This document shows, in pieces, positions 25,735 to 41,041 of a DNA stretch of 64,000 bases; positions within the stretch are counted from its first letter, which is position 1; each line of letters opens with the position of its first letter. Location: NCBI RefSeq assembly GCF_009914755.1, contig NC_060932.1. One strand, written 5' to 3'. The translations under genes and the position numbers were made by a program. Below the pieces are notes generated by a model. That model saw only the letters and a program-made list of their open reading frames with translations. It was not told where the DNA came from and did no database searches. The DNA is from the human T2T-CHM13v2.0 reference genome, Homo sapiens.

Positions 25735-27337
25735 TAGTGTTTTAGGGCAGCACTAGGTATATGGGGTTAGCTGGTACTGAGACACTTGCTGATAGTGTAA
25801 ATGCAAATAGAATCTTACCCAAACATACCTTTTCAAGTTATGTGGTTAGTTTGTTTTTCTCTTTTTTTTTATTCTCAGGGCTCCCCAAACTGGTTTAAGT
25901 AAATGAGCATTCTTCTCCCACCCACCGCCTCTGCTTGTTTGGACCTTCTCTTGGTGACTGAAGATGCCAGACTGAGATATGGGGTCTGCAGTGACTTGGT
26001 ATAGGGCTGGGCAAGTTTATTTACCTGGCACCTGCCCCGAGCTGGCCAAGAAATGACTGGGCCGGGGGTGTATTTTCAGTGGAGTTCCTTCAGCCCTCTG
26101 CCCAGCCTGGGGACTGAGCGGGGTGGTGTTTGTTTTCCTTCTGCATTCCACCATGACAGGGCCATGCGTTTTACAATGTAGCAGATAAGGCTCCCTATCA
26201 CTGATGCTAACTTTGCATAAATCTCTTGATTCCCAGCTGCTTGACTGATGTAGGAACACAAGTACCAGTGAGAGGAGCATGTGGGGGTGAAGCCATCTCA
26301 TACAGTACTACCCTTCCTAGGTGTAGAGTGAGGAGATGTGCCACGGCTGTTGACCCTTCTTAAACTGCAGAGCGTTTGATGTCCAGGGACAGTTGTTGGG
26401 GCAGGGTCAGACTTAGAGCTTTTGTCTTGTGCTGAGATGTGCTCCTTTTTCTTTCCTCCCCCTTCCCTAGCTCTTGGACGGCTTTGCCCCATCACTGATT
26501 GGTGCACACCCCCTTTTGAGAATCTCAGGGACTCAGTTTGGTAAAAGCAGCTGGTGGAGATGATGGAGAGAGGAGGAAGACTCTTAAAGGAGTGGGTATA
26601 TGTGGAAGAATGAGGGAAAGGCCCTGTCCTTGTGTTATGGAGATTAGGGTAGAAATAGAAAGCTAGGAGAGAGTTTGGCAAAAGGTGATTCTCATAGACT
26701 CCTTTCTTTGGGGGCTGTGGGACTGATGGTGAAGGAGTCTGGGTAACAGGAAAAAAAAGAACCCCAAGAGGTGGATGAGTGTGGGACCTACAGAAGGAGG
26801 GGAAAAGGGCTTCTCAGCTCCTGACAGCTGAGTGTTGGTAGCGCTTTACTTCCCTTCCCTTTAACCCTTAGGTTTTCTGGAAGCTGTAGGGAAAGAACAC
26901 ATAGCCCTGGATATTCTGGCTCTGGGATCCTATGAAGGAGAATGGTAGTAAATGTTTAGGAGTCCATGACAAAAAGAGTGGGAGAGAAATTATGTAACTG
27001 TAAAAAAACTTTAAAAAACTAGGATCCGCTTCCAACACTACATACAAAAGTAGAACTTCTATTTCCATTGCCCAGATAAAGGACTATCAAGATTTTGCCA
27101 TACTTGCTTCCACCATCCTCTTTTTCTTTTTTTCTTTTTTTTCATTTTGTTACTTAGGTATTTTTAAAAGCAAATTCCAGATATCATGTCATGATACCAC
27201 CTATGATCATGTCATTATACCTGTGATGTAATTATCAATAATATTACTCTTTTAATTTAAAAATATATTTAAAATTCAGGTTTTATCTTACATTAGATTC
27301 ATATTTTTTAGGTAAACTTTTTTTTAAATAAACTTCT

Positions 27338-27638
27338 GGCTGGGTGCAGTGGCTGACACCTGTAGTCTTAGCATTTTGGGAAGCTAAGGCAGAAAGATCA
27401 GTTGAGGCCAGGAGTTTGAGACCAGCGTGGACAACATAATAAGACCCCATTTCTACAAATTCTTTTTTTTAATTAGCTGGGCACACTGGCTGTATGCCTG
27501 TTGTCTCAGTTTCTCAGGAGGGTGAGGCAGGAGGATTGTCTGAGCATAGGAGGTTGAGGCTGCAGTGACCTACAAGTGCTCCGTTGTACTCTAGCCTGGG
27601 TGACAGAGCAAGACCCTGTCTCCAAAAAATAAATAAAT
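27338..27638 (+). mobile_element. Alu (J-type)
   Basis: Diverged dimeric Alu with A-rich tail. Confidence 0.85.
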
Positions 27639-27853
27639 ATTTAAAATTTAAAATTAGGATTTAAAATATGTTAAAGCTCAAAGATGAAAGTGTAGAATGG
27701 ATATCACTTATTATTATGTAGTATTCAGTGTGAATTACGATGATCACATCTATATCCATGGCTCTGGTGATGTCAAATATTATTCCCAGCCCAGATTTCT
27801 TCTCTGAACATACTTCTACCTATTCAACATCTCTGCTTCAAAATCCCAAAACA

Positions 27854-28149
27854 GGCCAGGCATGGTGGCTCACACCTGTAATACTATCCCTCTGAGAGAC
27901 TGAAGTAGGAGGATGATGTGGGCCCAGGAGTTTGAGACTAGCCTAGGCAACGTAGTGCGACCCCGCCATCTGTACATACAAATTAAAAACTAGCTGGGTG
28001 TGGTGGTGTGCCTGTAGTCCCAGCTACTTGGGAGGCTGAGGAGGGAGGAAAAGTTGAGCCCAGGAGGTCGAGATTGGAGTGAGCCGGGATCACGCTACAG
28101 TATTCAAGCCTGGGTGACAGAGTGAGACCCTGTCTCTAAAATAAATAAA
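27854..28149 (+). mobile_element. Alu (J-type)
   Basis: Diverged dimeric Alu with A-rich tail. Confidence 0.85.
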
Positions 28150-28454
28150 GTATAACAATGTATTTAAGCTATGTTTAAAATTTTTTTGAAATGAAATATG
28201 GAATGATTAAAAAAAAAAAAACCTGAAACAGATCTCAACATGTCCAAGGCTAAACCCATGGCCCCACTCCAACAGTCCCCAAGCATTCACTAGTATTTCC
28301 TGAATCTCACTGAATGGCACTAGTCTTCTAGTTTCAAAGGCTAAAACTTACAAATCATCTTTGCTACCTCCTCCTACTTCAGTCCTGTATCCAGCTTATC
28401 ACCCAGCCTTATCAGTCTCACCTCATTTCCTCTCTAGAGCATAACTTCTCCTCC

Positions 28455-29530
28455 TGTTGTGGGAAGTCAGGGACCCTGAACGGAGGGACTGGAAGAACAT
28501 AAATCGTGAAGATTTCATGGATATTTATCAGTTCCCAAAATTAATACTTTTATAATTTCTTATGCCTGTCTTTACTGCAATCTCTGAACATAAATTGTGA
28601 AGATTTCATGGACATTTATCAGTTCCCAAATAATACTCTTATAATTTCTTATGCCTGTCTTACTTTAATCTCTTAATCCTGTTATCTTCGTAAGCTGAGG
28701 ATGTATATCACGTCAGGACCACTATTGTACACATTGATTGTGAAGCATGTGTGTTTAAACAATATGAAATCAGTGCACCTTGAAAAAGAACAGAATAACA
28801 GCGATTTTCCGGGAACAAGGGAAGACAACCATAAGGTCTGACTGCCTGTGGGGTCGGGCAGAATAGAGCCATATTTTTCTTCTTGCAGAGAGCCTATAAA
28901 CGGACATGCAAGTAGGAGAGAGATTGCTGAATTCTTTTCCCAGCAAGGAATATTAATAATTAATACCCTGGGGAAAGAATGCATTCCTGGGGGGAGGTCT
29001 ATAAATGGCCGCTCTGGGAGTCTCTGTCTTATGCGGTTGAGATAAGGACTGAAATACGCCGTGGTCTCCTGCAGTACCCTCAGGCTTACTAGGATTGGGA
29101 AATTCCAGCCTGGTAAATTTTGGTCAGACCGGTTCTCTGCTCTCGAACCCTGTTTTCTGTTAAGATGTTTATCAAGACAATATGTGCATAGCTGAACATA
29201 GACTCTCATCAGTAATTCTAATTTTGCCGTTTGCCTTGTGATCTTTGCTTTGCCCCTTGCCTTGTGATCTTTATTGGCCTCAGAAGCATGTGATCTTTGT
29301 GACCTACTCCCTGTTGGTACACCCCCTCCCCTTTTGAAATCCTTAATAAAAACATGCTGGTTTTGCAGCTCAGGGGACATCATGGACCTACCGATATGTG
29401 ATGTCACCCCCGGCGGCGGCCCAGCTGTAAAATTCCTCTCTTTATACTCTTTTTATATCTCAGACTGGCCGACACTTAGGAAAAATAGAAAGAACCTACG
29501 TTGAAATATTGGGGGTGGATTCCCCCAATA
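28455..29530 (+). mobile_element. MER11 solo LTR (HERV-K11/HML-8)
   Basis: TGTTGTGGGAAGTCAGGGACC start and GGATTCCCCCAATA end; internal ~90-bp tandem duplication (28496-28675); TATAAA 29000-29005; AATAAA 29345-29350; flanks cctcc/cttcc. Confidence 0.88.
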
Positions 29531-29534
29531 CTTC

Positions 29535-29950
29535 CTATTCATTAGCATCACCCTTGTCAAAGCCCCTAGAATAAAATACTAGCAGTTTCACATGTTCCAT
29601 TTTTACACTCTTTAATCCTTTTCCACATTGCAACTGGGGTCTGTTCAAAATATAAACCTGAGTATATTCTCTGCTGCTTAAAAACTCATGGCTTCCTGTT
29701 GCTCTTAGAATAGAACCAGATTCTTGACAAGGCCTGCAAGGCTCTGTGAGCATGGTGCCTTTCTATTTCCCATCCTCATTTTTCCCCTTCATTCTTTCAG
29801 TATTATTTAATCAATATCTCTCTTTCCTGCTAGTCTCTAAACTGCATGAGAACAGAGCCCTCCTCTTTTTTGCTTGCTGTTACGTCCCCAGTGCCAAGCA
29901 CAGAGCCCAGTACATAAAAATACTTAGGTATTTGTTGAATGACTGAGTGA
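29535..29950 (+). mobile_element. L2 3' end (continues to the left of MER11)
   Basis: aaactgcatgagaacag...tatttgttgaatgactga, a typical L2 3' terminus. Confidence 0.7.
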
Positions 29951-31350
29951 ACATGTGAGTGAAATGGAGGGGTGAACCATTCCTGATGGATAGGGAGCTG
30001 GCTTCTCTTTGCACTCATTGCATGATTGTTTGTTTTCTCTTATATTGAGTTGAAATCCACTTTCCTCTTAATAGTTGTGCATATGATCCAAATTTTTTCC
30101 CTTTACCTCAAACGCCCTTAAAATTTTTGTAGACTCTATCATGTTTCTTAGTTTTCTAGACTAAATATCTTAGACTAATTGTTTACAGATACACCACCTT
30201 GATCCACATTCCTCTAAGGACGTCCATTTTTGTTCACAATTTTTTTAAGATGAGGAGCTCAGAACTGAATTCAGAATCTAACTGAATTCACAATCTCAGA
30301 TGTTATGTGATCAAGGAGACTACAAGAAACTGTTATGGCCATGAAGAGATGAATTTAACATATGGTTTAGCACCCAGGCCTTAGAGTTTCGACAGATTTG
30401 GTAAAATCTGTCATTAGTGGTAAAGACTGATGTCTTGGTTCAATAAGATAGTCCCGGTGAGCTCTTAGTAGCCCATTGCCTAGTCCATCCAAACCCTCAG
30501 TGCATTTTACTCAATCCTGTTGTCATTGATGTTTCTGTTTATCTGTTAATAGGATCTGAGATTGCATATGCTTTGTGCTCAGTTATGCCACCATGGGTTG
30601 TATTGAGTTGCAATCACATGTTAACTCCAATCACATGTTAGAAAATGTTGACTGGTTGCTCAGGTAGGTCTCTCATCCTGTACTTATATGCAGGTTTTCT
30701 CTTCACCTCTGGGCTCCTTGAAGACATTGCATAGGACATGGTTGTAATGCCCATCCTTTCATATCAGAAGGGTTTATGTGTTTGTCTCTCGTTAGGTGAC
30801 ATCAGTTGATCTCAGAATCTTGGGACTTGAGTTCTCTGTGCACTTTAGTTTGAATACATTTGGTCTCGGCAGAAATCCACTCACACTAGCTCAAATATGT
30901 ATACATCATTGAGAAAGGGGCGTTTCATAGAAATTAAGCTGGGGCAGTGTAGGTAGGCCTTTGTGGGCATTGAAAAGTCCTCAGGTACCTCCATTCTCTA
31001 TCACTTGTCCACTGGGATAGGATGGTCTTCTGTCTTTATTTTATCCTGACCTCAGCCTCCTACAGATCTACTTACTGTCTTAATTCAGATTCTTGAGAGA
31101 GAGAATCTGTTATTTGTGTCACTTGGATAATCAAATAGAACTTATTTAGGAAAAGACTAAGTAGAACAAGGGTCTACTGCAGTATATCTGATGTGATATT
31201 AATATTCTGTAGGTCCAGAGGAGCCATTGGACATCAACAGCTTAAATGTTAGGGATGCAAATGGGTACTGAGTTCCCAGGCACAGTCTGATAGTTTCAGG
31301 GTCAGAATTTTATGCAGTGATCAGATTTGAATGTTTGGAAGTTAAAAATA

Positions 31351-31686
31351 CAGTCATTCACCATATAATGATGTTTTGATCAACGACTGACTGCATATAT
31401 GATGTGATCATGTAAGATTATAATACCATATTTTTACTGTACCTTTTCTGTGTTTAGATACACAAATACTTAGCATTGTGTTACCATTGCCTACAGTATT
31501 CAGTACGGTAACATGCTGTTCAGGTTTGTAGCCTAGGAGCAATAGGCTATACCATAGGTATGTAGTAAATATACCATCTAGGTTTGTGTCAGGTACACTC
31601 TATAATGATCACACAGTGACCCGCACAATGATGAAATCACCTAATGACAGATTTCTCAGAATCCGTTGTTAAGCAACACATAACTG
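31351..31686 (+). mobile_element. Tigger3-type (TcMar) non-autonomous element
   Basis: TA|CAGTCAT...TAACTG|TA termini; reverse-complementary to parts of 38765-39924. Confidence 0.8.
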
Positions 31687-32429
31687 TATTCCCTATTCCA
31701 CAGAACAGGGTTTAAATAATCAGACTGTTTCAAAAATAAATGGAAAACCTCTCATGTCTGGCCTAGAATCACCTCTCTATAGACAGAAGTACTAAAAGAA
31801 CCAAATAAAAAATCCATTGGAAAACAAACCCACAGCAAATGAAAGGAGGTAGTTCTTGTCCTAACATTTAATATAGGCTAATTAGTTTATGGGTAAATAC
31901 AGTTTATAAATTGTACACAAGAAAATACACATGTAATACCAATATTTTAGAAGTAGAATTTTTATTTTTAGCAAATCCATCATGATTTACTTAGGTAACA
32001 AGTTCTTCCAGTATATCAGTTTGATTTATAGTAAAATGTAGTGTAAAATAGTTTTCTAGATGGAGAAACAGTGGCTCCGGACCATTTCTTGCTTGTCAGC
32101 ATATGGAAAGGGTGGCTCTCCCACCATGCCACACCATCCACTCCTGCTGGGCGCACCAGGATAAAGATGTTAAAATACAACCTCTTGTATAGGGTTTTCA
32201 AGATCTGTTACTTAGAGTGGGATCATCTGTGGTACAACTGAGAGATGCTGAAGTTCTCCTTAAAAGGTCACGTGTATTAAGTTCCTAGAACGCCTGTTCA
32301 TCTCCACTTATTTCCATATCACCATTTTTAGAGATGCACTTCCCACTTTAACCATAGTTTTCAAAATCTTAAGGCAGTGGAACCTTTTCCTCAAAAAACA
32401 AAAATTATGTGGACTCTAACATATAATAG

Positions 32430-32735
<306 letters not shown>

Positions 32736-32863
32736 AATGTATAATAGATTTTAAGGTGATATATATTATAGTTGTAAAGATTAAAAACATTAGTTTTAAA
32801 AACAGTGGGATTTGTGAGATTGAAACATGCAAAATAACTAAATCAGAGTCTAATTAAAAACTA

Positions 32864-32996
32864 AGCCGGATGTGGTGGCATGCACCTGTAATCCCAGCTA
32901 CTCAGGAGGCTGAGGCGGGAGGATGACTTGAGCCCAGGAGTTCAAGATCAGCCTAGGCAACGTAGTGAGACCATGTTTAAAAAAAAAAAAAAAAAA
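32864..32996 (+). mobile_element. Alu monomer (FLAM-like)
   Basis: Single monomer plus poly-A. Confidence 0.75.
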
Positions 32997-33384
32997 GAAT
33001 AAAATTTATTTCAGTAGTGTTTGGATTACATGTTATTGAAAGAACCTTGATTTATGCAGGTCAGTAGTTGCAGATAAGTTTTTAAATAATTCAGCTTAGT
33101 ACCTGAGAGCGTGCCTTAATTAAACTATTCCAAAAGTCTGTAAGAGGAGCAGAGGGGAATTTGTGTTTCAGATTTGAGTTATTAACAATATCTAACAATT
33201 CATCCAATTTATTAATTTTATAGATGTAAATTTTAGAAATAGTACATAAAGTGGTTCCTCATGAGTTTAAATCTTTTTGGTAGAAAATACAAAACTAAGA
33301 TATTTAGAAGTATCATTTTAAAAAAATCTCAGATAATTTAGTGCTGTGTCTGTTAAATAGTCACTGTTAAAAGGCACATTTCCT

Positions 33385-34125
33385 GTTCTGGATGTTCTCA
33401 GATTCTCCAGCACCAACTGGGTTTCCAAAAATTCAGTTCATTTCTTAAACTATCTGTCCTTAGTGCAGACCCCACAAGTTAAGGTCTCAGTCCCACGAGA
33501 CTGCCGCCACTTCAGATACCAGTCACAAGTCTCAGTGCTTCTGAGCAACTGGCTATAAATTTGGGGATTCTCATAACTCCTCTTCTCAGTTTCAGTAATT
33601 TGCTAGAACAACTCACAGAACTCAGGAAAATACTTATATTTACTGGCTTATTGTGAAGGATACAACTCAGGAACTGTCAAATGCAAGGGATACATAGGGC
33701 AAGGTATCCCCATACCTGCAGGGGTGCAGAGCTTCCACTCCCTCTGGGCACACCACCCTCCCAGTAAGTCAACATGTTCACCAACCTGGAAGCTCCCTGT
33801 CCCTGTCATTTAGGGGTATTTATAGAGGTTTCATCATGTAGGTGTGATTGATTAAATTATTGGCCTTGGTGATTGAGCTCATTTTCCACCCTTTCTCCCC
33901 TCCCTGGAAGGAGTGGGGACGGTGCTGAAAGTTGCAACCCTCTAATCTTGGCTTGGTCTTTCTGGTGACCAGCCCATTCCCGCAGCTGTCAAGGGACCCC
34001 CAGCACCCAGTCATTCATTAACACACAAAAGACACTCTGACCAGTCAGGAGGTTCCAGGGGTTGTAGGAGCTCTGTGCCAGGAACTGAGGACAAAGACAA
34101 AATACGTATTTTTATTATACCACCT
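33385..34125 (-). mobile_element. MER21-like ERV solo LTR
   Basis: Similar to 23748-24325; ends ttttattataccac. Confidence 0.65.
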
Positions 34126-34683
34126 GTGTTGAATCTAAAAAGCTGACAATAAGCACCAAAACTTAAAAGGAGTGATAACTATCTAAACCTTGATATAATC
34201 AAGACTCATTGTTGTACAACTGGCCTGTCTTTTAACTGAGCCAGTTGTACATGGAAACACATGGATATTTGCAGCCTTAGGGTGCTGATGGCTTGTTTTT
34301 AGTTGTCTGCCTCCGCATCATCAGCACAAAGAAACAATAACACATTTATAACAGTTCACATACATGGACAGAGATAATAGACTCTGTACACATAAGTGAA
34401 ATTGTCAGTACAGTTTAAAATGTTCTTGTTAAAATTTTGTGTGTATTGCAGTTGAGTTTTTAAACTTTTTATTTATGAAAAGTTTCACAACTGTATGACA
34501 GAGAAAATAGTACAATGAAAACTCCCATATACCTATTCCTGGACAACAGTTACCAAGATTTTGCCATACTTACTATCTCTTTTTTAAAAAATCCTTTTGA
34601 AATATGTTAAACCAAATTCTGATTATGAAGCACTGAGACGTTTTAACACATTTTAGTATTAATAATAGTTAAACATATATTTA

Positions 34684-35266
<583 letters not shown>

Positions 35267-35758
35267 ACTATAGCTATGATATTCCAGTGGTACTTGACTC
35301 TGATCCTGGATTAGGATTAGGAAGTAGGATTAGAGGGTCATCTTTTAATTTCCTTTAAAATCATGAGATATTATAACCAATTCACTGAGTTTTTCTGTGC
35401 TACTCTTGTTTCAGATATCTACGTTAGGAAATCACTTTTTGCTTTAACGAAATTACCTCATTCACACCTTCCTAATATTTGCAGCACTTATCCTAGTAAG
35501 ACCACAATTAAAAAGGATTTTTATTTTTCACAAGTGATTTAGAGAATTCCTGGTCCGACTTAGAGACAGAGGTTCTAAAGAAAAAATAACTTTATTGTTT
35601 TACAATTTGTGTCTTAGTAAAATAAGGGCTATTTGTTTTAAAGCCATTTCCATATCTGGTTTTTCAAATTAGCTTTCTTATTTGGTTCTTTTAGTTTTTA
35701 GGTCTACAGAGAGATGATTCTGAGCTGGTCACAGTAGATTTTTTAAATTTATTTTTGA

Positions 35759-36053
<295 letters not shown>

Positions 36054-36537
36054 GATACTTATGTTTTTAACATTCAAAGATTCAGATCTGTTCACTGCAT
36101 AAAGTTCTGACCCTGAAGCTGTCAGGCTGTGCTTAGGAACTGTCTCAGCACCAATCTGCCTCCCTGCACCATAGCTGTTGGTTTCTAAATACTCCTCCAG
36201 ACCAGTTTTACCCTACAGAATGTTAACATCACATAATAATACATTGCAGCAGACTCTTGCTCTATTTATCCTTTTTCTAAATAGCTCTTTTGGTGTACTT
36301 ACTATTCGTATCACTTGGATAATGCACATACACAACTTGGGATAGGAAAATTCATTTTAGGGTGTTGTGCCAGCTCTTCTCTTTCAGGCTGTGCTGCCAT
36401 CCTTCCTGAACTTTAGAGATGCTTAATAAAAGCAAAGAGGGAAGAACTTGCTATTTGTTTATATGAATTCAGGTAAGAGAGGATACTTACCAGTGACAGA
36501 TAATTCTTTAATAGATGGTTTTTGTGTTTCATTTTAG

Positions 36538-37651
36538 AATCACAAGAAGCTGATGAACAGCTTGTAGCAGAAGTGGTTGAAAAATGTTCATCTAAGACTT
36601 GTTCTAAACCTTCAGAAAATGAAGTGCCACAGCAGGCCATTGACTCTCACTCAGTCAAGAATTTCAGAGAAGAACCTGAACATGATTTTAGCAAAATTTC
36701 CATCGTGAGGCCATTTTCAATAGAAACGAAGGATTCCACGGATATCTCGGCAGTCCTCGGAACAAAAGCAGCTCATGGCTGTGTAACTGCAGTCTCAGGC
36801 AAGGCTCTGCCTTCCAGCCCGCCAGACGCCCTCCAGGACGAGGCGATGACAGAAGGCAGCATGGGGGTCACCCTCGAGGCCTCCGCAGAAGCTGATCTAA
36901 AAGCTGGCAACTCCTGTCCAGAGCTTGTGCCCAGCAGAAGAAGCAAGCTGAGAAAGCCCAAGCCTGTCCCCCTGAGGAAGAAAGCAATTGGAGGAGAGTT
37001 CTCAGACACCAACGCTGCTGTGGAGGGCACACCTCTCCCCAAGGCATCCTATCACTTCAGTCCTGAAGAGTTGGATGAGAACACAAGTCCTTTGCTAGGA
37101 GATGCCAGGTTCCAGAAGTCTCCCCCTGACCTTAAAGAAACTCCCGGCACTCTCAGTAGTGACACCAACGACTCAGGGGTTGAGCTGGGGGAGGAGTCGA
37201 GGAGCTCACCTCTCAAGCTTGAGTTTGATTTCACAGAAGATACAGGAAACATAGAGGCCAGGAAAGCCCTTCCAAGGAAGCTTGGCAGGAAACTGGGTAG
37301 CACACTGACTCCCAAGATACAAAAAGATGGCATCAGTAAGTCAGCAGGTTTAGAACAGCCTACAGACCCAGTGGCACGAGACGGGCCTCTCTCCCAAACA
37401 TCTTCCAAGCCAGATCCTAGTCAGTGGGAGAGCCCCAGCTTCAACCCCTTTGGGAGCCACTCTGTTCTGCAGAACTCCCCACCCCTCTCTTCTGAGGGCT
37501 CCTACCACTTTGACCCAGATAACTTTGACGAATCCATGGATCCCTTTAAACCAACTACGACCTTAACAAGCAGTGACTTTTGTTCTCCCACTGGTAATCA
37601 CGTTAATGAAATCTTAGAATCACCCAAGAAGGCAAAGTCGCGTTTAATAAC
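36538..37651 (+). CDS. TACC1: TACC1 coding exon 3 (1114 nt; Ser/Pro/acidic region, basic patch RRSKLRKPKPVPLRKK)
   Basis: Core of the 377-aa ORF; ttcattttag acceptor, AC|gtgagt donor; phase 1 in, phase 2 out. Confidence 0.97.
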
Positions 37652-37887
37652 GTGAGTGACAGTGGGCGCTGGGTGTCGTGCTCTGTGTCTTGTCTGTTGA
37701 GTTTGGCAGCCAGCTACTTTTGGCTTTGGTGAACTGAATTTACCTTTGAGGTGCACCGAGGTTCATACAAAGCTTATAATGTTATCCTGCAGTCTTCACT
37801 GTTTGGCTTAACTGTTGTGTGGAATCAGAAATACCAGAGGTTTCCTTTTCAGATTGTTGTCTTTTTTCTGAATCCTTAGCTTAATCA

Positions 37888-38313
<426 letters not shown>

Positions 38314-38764
38314 TCAAATGTCACTGCTGGCCACCGTCTTCATACTCTATGGATAAAACAGAAATTCCAGTCCTGTAACTTACCTCTGTAGCGTCAATAA
38401 CGTGGGAAATGATCCAAAAGGGTCTTGTAGAAAGAAGACTTTTTACATAAACAGAAAGCTGTGATTTTTGTGGGAAACAAACCTACCACTAAAATTGATG
38501 AGAATTCTTGTCTCCATGTGTAATTTCTGGCTCATCAGCCAGGAGGTAAAATTTCAATAAGAATCAAGAATATTTTAAATGATCAGTTAAAACTGAGTAA
38601 ATTAGTTGGTTTAGTCAATCCCCCATCTCTCCTGGGAAATTATCTGACTTTTGCAAGGTCCTTGGTGTTTTCAGTGTAATTACCTAAGGTCCTATTCCAT
38701 ATCAAGTTTCAGTTTAACTTTGCTACAGGATTACTTTATCACAAAACTTGAGTAGATGATAATA

Positions 38765-39924
<1,160 letters not shown>

Positions 39925-41005
39925 TATATCCTTTTGTGGCCCTAAAAAGGGCCACATTTTACTAAAAAGTTTGAGTAAAATGTAGATATAAAGAAGGACC
40001 AATGAGATGCAGGATGAAATATGGGAGTATGAGAAGCACTGTGTTTGTACTTGTCACTGTAGATCAGTTGGGGAAATGCTTCTCAGCATTGCTATGACTT
40101 AAAGAAAAACTCCAGATATCATGGTGACTTACAGCAGAAAGGAAGACGCCCAGAGGTTTAAAGAGCAGAAGGATCAACTTCAGTACCAAGAAAGTAGAGA
40201 GATATAGGAACCAGTTCCTCAGCAGCCCCGGAATGGCTAAGGGGAGTGAAATGTCATTAGTAGCTCTCGATCTGTTCTTTGATTATATATAAGCAGTTAA
40301 ATGGTTGTTGGAAAATATTATTGATTGGGTGCCCTCTTTTGTGGCTTTTAAGGTTGGTTACTCCTCTCTAGACAGCACTTAGGGTATGTACTGGGCACGT
40401 CACTGCCTAGGTACTTCCTCCCCTAAATGTGGGATGCTTCTGCATACTGAAGTTGATAAGGAGTCATTTGTGAGTCTTTGAGTTGCATGCAACCAATGCA
40501 TTAAATAAGATGAAATCTGGGCCAAAGAAAGGGTAATTTATTCTACACTTTATATTCGGCAGCAAGAAGCACCATCTCTCGAGTCCTGCCACCCTCACCC
40601 AGTAGCCTTTTTCCCCTATTCTGTTTTTGTTGAATGAACTTCTTGATCTAATACACTTAATAGGGCTTTTTTTAAGGCCTTATGCAATCAAAAATCTTGT
40701 CGTCTTGTTCTTTTTAGAAGAAAGGAGTGCTAGACCTCTTGGAAGTTTATTTTTCATCTGTAAATTTGAATTTGTGGCATTTCTGAGTGTTTCTACCAGT
40801 CTCCTTTGTAGTTGAGGTCTGTTCATCATTCACTCACTGGTGATAACATTCATGAATACGACATTTTTAATTTGTATCTCACCTCATAGAAAGAATTGTG
40901 CAGCTTTTACATCTGCCAGACTAGAGTTGAATATTCCAGTCTTTACATGATTTTTTTCTCCATCTGTCTGTCTCTTTCCTGTCTCTAATTTTGTTGGTGC
41001 ATCAG

Positions 41006-41041
41006 GACTACTGAACAAGTGAAATTTCTCTGTTTTCTGTT
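41006..41041 (+). CDS. TACC1: TACC1 alternative 36-nt cassette exon (adds TTEQVKFLCFLL)
   Basis: catcag acceptor, GTT|gtaagt donor, branch-like ctAAt at 40985-40989; phase 2-2 and stop-free between exons 3 and 4. Confidence 0.8.

Noticed and set aside
30611-30640. 13-bp direct repeat caatcacatgtta with two E-boxes
   Set aside because: Short local duplication in degenerate repeat-like DNA; nothing else supports a function.
34213-34345. Double hairpin plus ACA as an H/ACA snoRNA
   Set aside because: No ANANNA H box in the hinge and no pseudouridylation pockets.
36522-36537. ORF-track start MCFIL upstream of exon 3
   Set aside because: It is a TTG in the polypyrimidine tract; the exon begins at 36538.
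36773-37408. Antisense ORFs over exon 3
   Set aside because: Shadow frames of a real coding exon; no independent evidence.
39935-39956. 9-bp hairpin tgtggccct-aaaa-agggccaca followed by T run, terminator-like
   Set aside because: Intrinsic terminators do not apply to Pol II introns, and a stem this short is expected by chance in 64 kb.
41013-41027. QVKF in the cassette as a PP1 RVxF motif
   Set aside because: Lacks the required basic residue before the Val (EQVKF).
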